IMG/VR virus record: IMGVR_UViG_3300010049_000003
Reading direction: 5' to 3' (one strand)
Source: an uncultured virus (IMG/VR IMGVR_UViG_3300010049_000003)
Lineage: Duplodnaviria > Heunggongvirae > Uroviricota > Caudoviricetes
Length of the DNA: 20,000 bases
Part shown: in pieces, positions 1-5,778 of the stretch
Layout of the letters: each line of letters begins with the position of its first letter
Position numbering within the stretch: the stretch's first letter is position 1
The notes under the pieces: generated by a model
Told to the model about the DNA's origin: nothing
The model's input: the letters and a program-made list of their open reading frames with translations, nothing else
Database searches by the model: none
Translations under genes and position numbers: made by a program

Positions 1-45
1 CATTAATAATTCATCTAATTGCCCCTGTGAAATCTGTTGTGTCAT
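1..45 (-). CDS. Hypothetical protein, 5' end only (runs off window)
   Basis: ATG at 45-43 overlaps the TGA of the upstream gene (ATGA) and has a G-rich SD. Reads MTQQISQGQLDELLM... to the window edge. Confidence 0.5.
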   Translation of the reverse strand, partial: MTQQISQGQLDELLM

Positions 46-155
46 TTGTCCCCCAGCAGTTGATTCACAAACCAAATGCCGACAGCGAGGCCAAAGATGC
101 CTCCTGCGGTCCCTAGTGCGATTTCGATTACCAGGTGCCAGTCAATAGTCGTCAT
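42..155 (-). CDS. Small single-TM membrane protein (37 aa), not in ORF track
   Basis: Manual translation gives MTTIDWHLVIEIALGTAGGIFGLAVGIWFVNQLLGDK with one hydrophobic span. GGAG lies upstream, and the stop overlaps the next ATG. Confidence 0.6.
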   Translation of the reverse strand: MTTIDWHLVIEIALGTAGGIFGLAVGIWFVNQLLGDK

Positions 156-363
156 CAATTTGCTCCCCCATCTCCTCCAGTTCTGTCCGTCCCTTGCCAG
201 GTCGCGTCATTGACCAGCCACAGAAGCAACGCACGAGCTTGTGGTGCTTGCCACACCGTTCACACACGTACGCACCACAGTAACGCCTGCCATATGCCCA
301 TCCTGTGCAACCTTCAGCGTCGCACGGCTTTCTTTTCATCTCAAACGGTACATTTTCAGTCAT
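142..363 (-). CDS. Small Cys-rich Zn-finger protein
   Basis: CDAEGC...CGAYVCERC...CFCG. The start is moved to ATG 363, which forms an ATGA overlap with the upstream stop at 360-362. Confidence 0.7.
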   Translation of the reverse strand: MTENVPFEMKRKPCDAEGCTGWAYGRRYCGAYVCERCGKHHKLVRCFCGWSMTRPGKGRTELEEMGEQIDDDY

Positions 364-635
364 ACGCCCGCCCATTTGTCAAATGAACCCTCGGGGCACC
401 CGGACTCGCACCATCGCAGGTAAAGGTCGGCTCTGCGCTGCTCCCAGCGCTGTGCATCTTCTTCCGTCACCTTCCCGGTGCCGTGGCAGCGCTCGCACGG
501 CTTGTCGTAGCCACCGTGTAAATATTCGTCGCGGTCCTCGGGTGTGTCAAAGCATTCATAAAACTCCTCCATCGTAAAGGAGCCCAGGTGGGCGCTGGTG
601 TATCCCTTGCCATTACATCTGCTACACTGGGTCAT
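360..635 (-). CDS. DnaJ-type zinc-finger protein (two CxxCxGxG motifs)
   Basis: CSRCNGKG and CERCHGTG motifs. ATG 635 has an ATGA overlap and a GGAGG SD. Confidence 0.75.
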   Translation of the reverse strand: MTQCSRCNGKGYTSAHLGSFTMEEFYECFDTPEDRDEYLHGGYDKPCERCHGTGKVTEEDAQRWEQRRADLYLRWCESGCPEGSFDKWAGV

Positions 636-886
636 TGTAACTCCTCCACTTCGTGTACAAAGAATTGGTCGCATTCGGATTCGTCGTCCAGGTCCTCGGT
701 GGCCGTGGTCAGGGTCATGGAACCGTCAGGGTCGCGGACCCAAAAGAGGTCTTCCGAGTCGCCCACGATGTCTTGCGCAATCCTCTGGGCGTGCGCGATC
801 AGTTTGCGACGATCAGTAGAAACTGCGATGGGCACGGTGTCCCCCTCGCTTGCGGTGTATCGGCTTAATACGAACACGGTCACCAT
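632..886 (-). CDS. Hypothetical phage protein (84 aa, acidic)
   Basis: Tightly packed in a leftward operon with a GAGGGGG SD. Confidence 0.7.
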   Translation of the reverse strand: MVTVFVLSRYTASEGDTVPIAVSTDRRKLIAHAQRIAQDIVGDSEDLFWVRDPDGSMTLTTATEDLDDESECDQFFVHEVEELQ

Positions 887-1096
887 TTATACCCCCTCGT
901 CTGTGATAATACGTTCGATGGTCAGCACCACGTCCCCGATTGTGTAAAGGTTGCGGCCACGCTCGGTCCATTTAAGCTTCATGAACCGCTTTTGTAACGC
1001 TACCGCATCCTTTTCGTTTACCTCCGATCGGGCCACAGCAACGCGTCCGTGGGGATCCTGCAAGTTCTTGAGTACTACCATAAATCGGACTTTCAT
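887..1096 (-). CDS. Hypothetical phage protein (69 aa)
   Basis: AAGGAG SD upstream; the stop abuts the next ATG. Confidence 0.7.
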   Translation of the reverse strand: MKVRFMVVLKNLQDPHGRVAVARSEVNEKDAVALQKRFMKLKWTERGRNLYTIGDVVLTIERIITDEGV

Positions 1097-1141
1097 ATCG
1101 CTTCTCTCCTTTAACGGTCAATCTGCCGCCACCCGGGCGGT

Positions 1142-1180
1142 CCCAGGGCGAGTGTAGCACAGCCGCCCTGGGTCTGTCCA
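1142..1180 (-). promoter_or_regulatory. Putative sigma70 promoter with extended -10, embedded in an inverted repeat
   Basis: Minus strand reads TGGACA (1180-1175), 18-bp spacer, TG-C-TACACT (1156-1151). A 9-bp inverted repeat CCCAGGGCG/CGCCCTGGG (1142-1150, 1164-1172) flanks the -10. Confidence 0.5.
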
Positions 1181-1192
1181 GCGCTCCGTCTG

Positions 1193-1252
1193 TCAGGGGG
1201 CAGGGGCGGACGCCGTTTCGTATTCCTCACGCGTTCTTGCTTCCACGGTCAT
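1193..1252 (-). CDS. Putative 19-aa peptide MTVEARTREEYETASAPAP
   Basis: Strong AAGGAG SD 7 nt before ATG 1252; very short ORF. Confidence 0.35.
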   Translation of the reverse strand: MTVEARTREEYETASAPAP

Positions 1253-1278
1253 TGAGTTTCTCCTTGAAAACGTGAGAG

Positions 1279-1298
1279 GCGGGGGCTTGCGCCCCCGC
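1279..1298 (-). terminator. GC-rich hairpin with GCAA tetraloop (terminator or stabiliser)
   Basis: Minus strand GCGGGGGC-GCAA-GCCCCCGC just after the stop of 1317-1571. Only a distal TTTT follows. Confidence 0.5.
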
Positions 1299-1316
1299 TC
1301 GTGGGTTGGGGTTGCC

Positions 1317-1571
1317 TCAGCCCTTGTAGCCGTCGGGCGGCGTGCGCCCCTCCTTGATCGCCTTGGCGGCAGCTTGCTTGACCCCGGTCTTGGTCGTGGC
1401 ATTGACCGCGAACGAGACGTCAGCGTGCTTGCCGTCGAGCTTGAGGAAGCCGCCGGTGCTGCCCACGTTGAGCGTCTTCCAGGACGCGGACAGGTCGCCA
1501 CGCTGTTTCAGGTCGACCGTGACCACAAGCAGGTCGTCCTTCGTCACCTCGTACTTGACATTGAAAGCCAT
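1317..1571 (-). CDS. Small hypothetical protein (84 aa) with an L-x-I/V-x-VDL...SASxKT...STGG-type motif
   Basis: AGGAG SD before ATG 1571 and strong GC3 codon bias. The motif resembles a small phage/bacterial family, recalled from memory. Confidence 0.75.
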   Translation of the reverse strand: MAFNVKYEVTKDDLLVVTVDLKQRGDLSASWKTLNVGSTGGFLKLDGKHADVSFAVNATTKTGVKQAAAKAIKEGRTPPDGYKG

Positions 1572-1616
1572 CTGTTTCTCTCCTGTGCGCCGGGCTCGGC
1601 GCGTGTGTTGACCCGG

Positions 1617-1642
1617 ACGCGCCCCCCTTGCGAGGGGCGCGT
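1617..1642 (-). other. Intergenic 11-bp hairpin with GCAA tetraloop
   Basis: Minus strand ACGCGCCCCTC-GCAA-GGGGGGCGCGT between the 1678-2202 and 1317-1571 genes. Confidence 0.55.
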
Positions 1643-1677
1643 TTCGCCGCTTCACGGCTCGTCAGCGGGCCTGTGCC

Positions 1678-2202
1678 TCACTCGGCAGCAGGGGCCGGGG
1701 CGGCCTTGGCGGCTGCACGGGAGGCCTTGCGGGCGGCCTTGGCGTCAGCGCGGGCCTGGGCCACCCCCGCGCGCTGCGCGCCACGGATGAGGTTGCCCAG
1801 GTTCATGCGCTGCATGCCCGGGTTGAGGTGCCCGTAGCGGCTCTTGAGGCTCGTGACCGTGAAGCCCAGGGCGCGGGCGGCTTCCGAGTAGGTCTGGTCG
1901 AGCGTGTTGCCCGCGAGCGCCTTGGCGACCTTGTCGCCATTGTGCAGGCTGACGTTGCCGTTGGCCGTCTTGTGGCGGGTGTACTCAGAAACGTCCGCCA
2001 CGGTGCCCGCGATTGAGCGGTGCGTGATGTTGGCGGTAGGCAGCGGGCGCGTGTTGACGACGCGACCCTTGTCGGCCTTCGCCGCCTTGGCGGGCTTGCG
2101 GGCACGGGGAGCGCGAGGGGCAGGGGCGGCAGGCAGCACGGCAGCCTCGACGGCGGCAGGGGCGGCGACCACGGGGGCGGAGACGGTGTTGGTGTCGTTC
2201 AC
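1678..2202 (-). CDS. Phage early protein with Ala/Pro/Lys-rich tails and a YGHLNPGMQRMNLGN core
   Basis: GTG start with AAGGA SD, strong GC3 bias, and histone-like low-complexity termini around a globular core. Confidence 0.8.
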   Translation of the reverse strand: MNDTNTVSAPVVAAPAAVEAAVLPAAPAPRAPRARKPAKAAKADKGRVVNTRPLPTANITHRSIAGTVADVSEYTRHKTANGNVSLHNGDKVAKALAGNTLDQTYSEAARALGFTVTSLKSRYGHLNPGMQRMNLGNLIRGAQRAGVAQARADAKAARKASRAAAKAAPAPAAE

Positions 2203-2275
2203 GTGTCAGTATCCTTTATTTCGGCGGGGTGGCGGACCCCGGGACCGGTGGCCAGAATTCCCGACCACAGAAGAT

Positions 2276-2304
2276 ATTGTAACACAGCCGGGGGCTGCAC
2301 ACAA
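2276..2304 (-). promoter_or_regulatory. Sigma70-type early promoter for the leftward operon
   Basis: Minus strand -35 TTGTGT (2304-2299), 17-bp spacer, extended -10 TG-T-TACAAT (2281-2276), about 70 nt upstream of the 2202 start. Confidence 0.7.
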
Positions 2305-2376
2305 GTATTCTGTGCGGCTCCGGCTGCAGACGGGCAAGGCGGCTGCCGCGCACCGGAGAGAGGACCGCGCACGCGC

Positions 2377-2471
2377 GCGTTAGCACAGCCGGAGGCTCGG
2401 CACAAGTCCCCCCAAGCACACCTCGAGCTTCGGCACAAGTCCCCCCAAGCACAGCCGGGGCACGGCGTCAA
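2377..2471. repeat. Three tandem 33-bp-period units, including a perfect 24-bp direct repeat
   Basis: TCGGCACAAGTCCCCCCAAGCACA occurs at 2397-2420 and 2430-2453. Minus-strand TTGnnn-N12-TGTGC units have their hexamers at 2400-2405, 2433-2438 and 2466-2471. Confidence 0.85.
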
Positions 2472-2473
2472 GA

Positions 2474-2489
2474 CTGTACGGGCATACAG
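2474..2489. promoter_or_regulatory. LexA (SOS) box, Beta/Gammaproteobacteria type
   Basis: ACTGTACGGGCATACAGTA matches CTGT-N8-ACAG with consensus-like flanks. A near copy, ATGTACGGGCGTACAGT, lies at 2784-2800. Confidence 0.6.
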
Positions 2490-2521
2490 TACCTGGGGCG
2501 CACGAGACGTGCAGCACGCCG

Positions 2522-2536
2522 GCAAGAAACGTGCCA
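2522..2536 (-). promoter_or_regulatory. Sigma54 -24/-12 element 1
   Basis: Minus strand TGGCACGTTTCTTGC matches TGGCAC-N5-TTGC. Confidence 0.75.
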
Positions 2537-2694
2537 CGTCACGGGAGACAGCGGGAAGCCCAGGAAGAGGCGCAGGAGGGGATAGCTACTAAGGTAGCGG
2601 GCAGGGCACGCGAGAGGCAGGGAAGACACGGGAGAAGACCGATTCCTGCCTAGGCAAAGATCGACACGCACAGGCAAACCAGGCTGTCAAGTAC

Positions 2695-2709
2695 GCAAGA
2701 GACGTGCCA
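2695..2709 (-). promoter_or_regulatory. Sigma54 -24/-12 element 2
   Basis: Minus strand (C)TGGCACGTCTCTTGC. Confidence 0.75.
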
Positions 2710-2763
2710 GGGTTGCAGGAGGAAACGCCGGGAAACCCCGGGGAACGCGCACGCACGAGCACA

Positions 2764-2779
2764 TGCAAGAAGCGTGCCA
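2764..2779 (-). promoter_or_regulatory. Sigma54 -24/-12 element 3
   Basis: Minus strand (C)TGGCACGCTTCTTGCA, full consensus. Confidence 0.8.
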
Positions 2780-3147
2780 GGGCATGTACGGGCGTACAGT
2801 GTGCACGCGGGTTGCGAGAGGGGACAGAAGACCAAGGGGACCAGCTACACAGCGAAAACGCGAACCCGACCGTGGGAACGGTGACGCCACAGGGGGGAGA
2901 GCTGCGAGACCCCACAAAAAACACACGGAAAAGCGAGCGCCGTTCCCGGTTCGGCCACCAATTACCTGCCCCCGGTGTGAGGGGAGCAGTGGACCGTGGA
3001 CGGTCCTCCTGGTCTTCTGATTCTCTGTCCCCTCCGAGGTGCACACCGACCCCCCCCCCGTCAACGGGCGAACACCCCCCTGCTGCACGCCGGCGACCCT
3101 TGACACGGGCAAAGCGCGCATGATGGAATTCGCGCCGACGGTGGGAG

Positions 3148-3163
3148 CGTTCCACGTGAAACC
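3148..3163. promoter_or_regulatory. parS-like site (14/16 match)
   Basis: CGTTCCACGTGAAACC compared with the chromosomal parS consensus TGTTNCACGTGAAACA. Confidence 0.65.
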
Positions 3164-3251
3164 TCGAGGCGACGGGAAGAGGGACGTGCGAAGGGGCCAA
3201 TTGGAAATGCGCAGTGCAGGAAGGCTAGCGGGCAAGGATCAGAGCGCAAGT

Positions 3252-3267
3252 TGGCACGAAGCTTGCA
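3252..3267 (+). promoter_or_regulatory. Sigma54 -24/-12 element 4 (rightward)
   Basis: (T)TGGCACGAAGCTTGCA, full consensus, oriented toward the rightward operon. Confidence 0.8.
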
Positions 3268-3380
3268 CGGGGCAGGGGCAAGGCAGCGACTGTCCCGGCC
3301 GGGCGATTTGCCTGTTGCTCTCTTGTCTCTGCAGCTTGGTTGCGGCGGCGCAGGGGCGGCGTGGGTCGTAGGGCTTTTTT

Positions 3381-3396
3381 TGTTCCACGTGAAACA
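3381..3396. promoter_or_regulatory. Perfect chromosomal-type parS site
   Basis: TGTTCCACGTGAAACA, a 16/16 match to TGTTNCACGTGAAACA. Confidence 0.85.
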
Positions 3397-3508
3397 ACCA
3401 AAAGGGAGAAATACTAGATGCCAACCCCAAAGGACCCCGAGACGAAAAAAGAAACGCCGGGTCCTCGCCTACTGTTTTTGGCTCCGGAGTCCGTTGGAGC
3501 ATCTACAT

Positions 3509-3925
3509 ATGCATACATGTGAGATATTGGAACTGGATGGACCGCCTGTTGCCGCGTTTATATTGCCCGGTATTGATGGGTATGTTGCCATACGGTACAA
3601 GATCGTCAAGTTTCTGGGCAGTTTCGAAGAGTGTCAGCGGGCACAGGAAAGGTTCCAGCATGCCATCCGGGCAGATTTGAGGGATGCCACTCTCAGGTTT
3701 GAGACATCGGACGATTTCATAGTAGCCGATGGGAAGAAATTCTTTCCGCACGTGCAGCCTATCATATGGTGGCGGCATCGTCCGGAAGTTGAAGTATATG
3801 ATGATTATTGCTGTTTGTACGCGCGGTTTGATACTACTCCACCGTTGCTGAGTAAGTTCTGGGAGAAGTGGCATTGCGAGGAAGGATTGCCGCCGCGAGG
3901 AGTGAAAGAAGTTTTAACAACCTGA
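3509..3925 (+). CDS. Hypothetical protein (138 aa)
   Basis: GGAG SD before ATG 3509 and globular composition. The upstream part of the track ORF (3251-3508) overlaps regulatory sites. Confidence 0.7.
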   Translation: MHTCEILELDGPPVAAFILPGIDGYVAIRYKIVKFLGSFEECQRAQERFQHAIRADLRDATLRFETSDDFIVADGKKFFPHVQPIIWWRHRPEVEVYDDYCCLYARFDTTPPLLSKFWEKWHCEEGLPPRGVKEVLTT

Positions 3926-3936
3926 ATGGAGGTTTT

Positions 3937-4227
3937 ATGCCTGTCGCCCCTCATGAGCCTGCAGATGCATTCATACCCAGTGTCATCGCATCGGATATAG
4001 TAACGGTGCTGGTGCGCAAGCGTCAGCAGTTGATGGCTTTTCTGGAGGACCCACCGGATATAGTACAGGAGGCGCAGACACAGTTGGATGCGGTGAATGC
4101 GCAGTTAAAGGCGTATGGGTGGAATGAAGAGGTGACGCCGCCTATCGATCCGGCGAAGAGTTCGGTAAATAGAGATGATCCGGCAAAGGAGCGAAAGGTA
4201 CATCCTGGGGCAACTAGCTATAGCTAA
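3937..4227 (+). CDS. Hypothetical protein (96 aa) with a helical hairpin or coiled coil
   Basis: GGAGG SD before ATG 3937. Confidence 0.75.
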   Translation: MPVAPHEPADAFIPSVIASDIVTVLVRKRQQLMAFLEDPPDIVQEAQTQLDAVNAQLKAYGWNEEVTPPIDPAKSSVNRDDPAKERKVHPGATSYS

Positions 4228-4267
4228 GGAGGCACTGTGGCACTGTTGAGACGATGAGTTGTGCGAC

Positions 4268-4304
4268 GGGCACGCGTCTCTCCGTCCGGGGCGCGTGCCT
4301 TTTA
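4268..4304 (+). terminator. Rho-independent terminator-like hairpin
   Basis: GGGCACGCGTCTC-TCCGTCC-GGGGCGCGTGCCT forms a 13-bp stem with G-U pairs, followed by TTTA (short U tract). Confidence 0.6.
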
Positions 4305-4317
4305 CATGGGGAGTGTC

Positions 4318-4527
4318 ATGAGCAATCTTGGTTGGGTAGGACATCTAGATAAGTTCCTGGCGGCTCTTACAGCTTTAGCCGCCGGTGGGCACTTGTTGCA
4401 CTGGTTCTCGCAGGAATGGATTGTGTTGCTGTTGGCTGTGCTAACCGCTATCGCGACGTTCATCGAAAGTCGTTCCAATCCGACGCCCCCGGTAACACCG
4501 GATATGAATAAGAGGGCGTCACAATGA
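4318..4527 (+). CDS. Small two-TM membrane protein (holin-like, 69 aa)
   Basis: GGGGAG SD; hydrophobic spans FLAALTALAAGG and WIVLLLAVLTAIATFI; polar C-terminal tail. Confidence 0.6.
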   Translation: MSNLGWVGHLDKFLAALTALAAGGHLLHWFSQEWIVLLLAVLTAIATFIESRSNPTPPVTPDMNKRASQ

Positions 4528-4748
4528 GAGCAGCTATTATCGCTGTAGCATTCATGTTTGTGGCCCTGTCGGCCTGCGAGACCCTGGATCGGCTGCACAG
4601 TGCGCCAAAGGAGCTGGTCCTGGCTTGCGTGCTGGAGATGCGGGTAAGTGGTGAGCGCCCATGGCCAAATCTCGGGCCGCGCTGTGCACAGTTAAGCGAT
4701 TATATTCACAACCACGGATGGCCCGGGGATGACTCCGGCCACTACTAG
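4524..4748 (+). CDS. Lipoprotein (74 aa), possibly spanin-like or exclusion protein
   Basis: Signal peptide MRAAIIAVAFMFVA with lipobox LSA-C, two further Cys, and an ATGA overlap. Confidence 0.75.
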   Translation: MRAAIIAVAFMFVALSACETLDRLHSAPKELVLACVLEMRVSGERPWPNLGPRCAQLSDYIHNHGWPGDDSGHY

Positions 4749-4755
4749 GAGTTAT

Positions 4756-4950
4756 ATGAAAACTTTCCTGATTTTATCGGTGCTGCTGGTGGGTCCTGCC
4801 GTTGCAGACCCCCTGGTAGTGTTATCCCATGACAAGGAGCCACGAAGGCAGCAACAGGCGGTTTCCGTCCCTGAGCCACATGGCCTAGCGTCGGCGGCAT
4901 TGCTAGCATTGGGTGTCGTCGGCATCTGGTATTCAAGGAGGCGGTCATGA
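4756..4950 (+). CDS. Minimal PEP-CTERM sorting-signal protein (64 aa)
   Basis: AGGAG SD; signal peptide MKTFLILSVLLVGPAVA; about 20 residues; then VPEP, a TM helix and RRRS. Confidence 0.8.
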   Translation: MKTFLILSVLLVGPAVADPLVVLSHDKEPRRQQQAVSVPEPHGLASAALLALGVVGIWYSRRRS

Positions 4951-5540
4951 GATACCTGCTACTTGCCTTGTTGCCGCTGGTGGCGCAGGCAGCCCCCTGT
5001 CCGACTCAGACAGATGTTGCCATGGTGGTGACCCCCGGCTTTTCCTGTAACGAGGGGGATAAAACCTTCTCGGATTTTATGGTGTCCGATGCGCCGATGG
5101 GGGCGGCCATACTGTTCGAGCCCACTGGGGCGAAGACGTTCCTGCTGTCGCTGTCGCGGGACGGGAATCTGTTCGAGCCCGGGAAAGTACAGTTTGATTA
5201 TACGGTTACGGCTACTAGTGCCAGCATAACCCTGGGAACCGTCGGGGTGGACGTGCCGACCATCGATCCGGATGTTATAACCGTAAGCTCGATGAATGGT
5301 ATGGTCCTGGAGCCGAAGACCTTAATCAATGGTGGCACGGCTAGCATCGAGTTTCATCCGCCGGTGCAGAGTGTTGAGGTGACAAACTCGTCGGTCGTTC
5401 TGAATGGTGACGTCCTCACCAGCATCAGCAATACTTTCACACAGGTTCCAGTGTCAGTACCTGAGCCTGCATCCCTCGGCCTGATGGCGCTCGGGCTCGG
5501 GGGGCTATTGGCCATGCGCCGTAAAGGAGTCGCACGATGA
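4947..5540 (+). CDS. PEP-CTERM surface protein (197 aa)
   Basis: Signal peptide ending AQA, Ser/Thr-rich beta-type body with C...CxxGDKTFSDF, and C-terminal VPEPASLGLMALGLGGLLAMRRK. Confidence 0.9.
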   Translation: MRYLLLALLPLVAQAAPCPTQTDVAMVVTPGFSCNEGDKTFSDFMVSDAPMGAAILFEPTGAKTFLLSLSRDGNLFEPGKVQFDYTVTATSASITLGTVGVDVPTIDPDVITVSSMNGMVLEPKTLINGGTASIEFHPPVQSVEVTNSSVVLNGDVLTSISNTFTQVPVSVPEPASLGLMALGLGGLLAMRRKGVAR

Positions 5541-5695
5541 GCACGGAAAAGCACCACGAGCACGAAGAGAAGCAGAAATCGCCCCATCCGGAGCCCGGTC
5601 AGCAGCCCGGTCAACCGGGCCAGCAGCCGAAGCCCGGTCAGCAGCCGGAATCTGACGAGGGTGCTGTGGCTGGACAGATTGGCCGCAAAGGCTGA
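5537..5695 (+). CDS. Low-complexity PGQQ-repeat peptide (52 aa), not in ORF track
   Basis: AAGGAG SD and ATGA overlap. Sequence MSTEKHHEHEEKQKSPHPEPGQQPGQPGQQPKPGQQPESDEGAVAGQIGRKG. Confidence 0.7.
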   Translation: MSTEKHHEHEEKQKSPHPEPGQQPGQPGQQPKPGQQPESDEGAVAGQIGRKG

Positions 5696-5703
5696 GTAGA
5701 AAC

Positions 5704-5761
5704 GAGGGGCATCCGGTAACCTTGTGTGTGTCATGTCGTGTCTCCCGCCGGATGTCCCCTC
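5704..5761 (+). other. Long stem-loop upstream of the tRNA pair
   Basis: GAGGGGCATCCGG (5704-5716) pairs with CCGGATGTCCCCTC (5748-5761). Confidence 0.55.
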
Positions 5762-5778
5762 TCTTATCCTTACCAGAC

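Noticed and set aside
2195..2210. Third parS-like site around CACGTG
   Set aside because: Only about 10/16 matches, and it overlaps a start codon.
2397..2453. Possible mini CRISPR array (24-bp repeat twice)
   Set aside because: Only two copies with a 9-bp spacer, no leader or cas genes; better explained as tandem 33-bp units.
2500..2514. Fifth sigma54-like element
   Set aside because: Minus strand CTGCACGTCTCGTGC lacks the invariant GG at -24.
3100..3129. Plus-strand TTGACA as a sigma70 promoter
   Set aside because: The best -10 at an acceptable spacing is TGGAAT, which lacks the conserved A; support is weak.
2020..3502. Multiple overlapping ORFs of 60-200 aa in the control region
   Set aside because: No SD, Arg/Pro/Ala-rich translations typical of GC-rich non-coding DNA, and overlap with regulatory motifs.
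4318..4748. Definite lysis cassette
   Set aside because: No endolysin or i-spanin in the window; the holin and spanin labels rest on topology alone.
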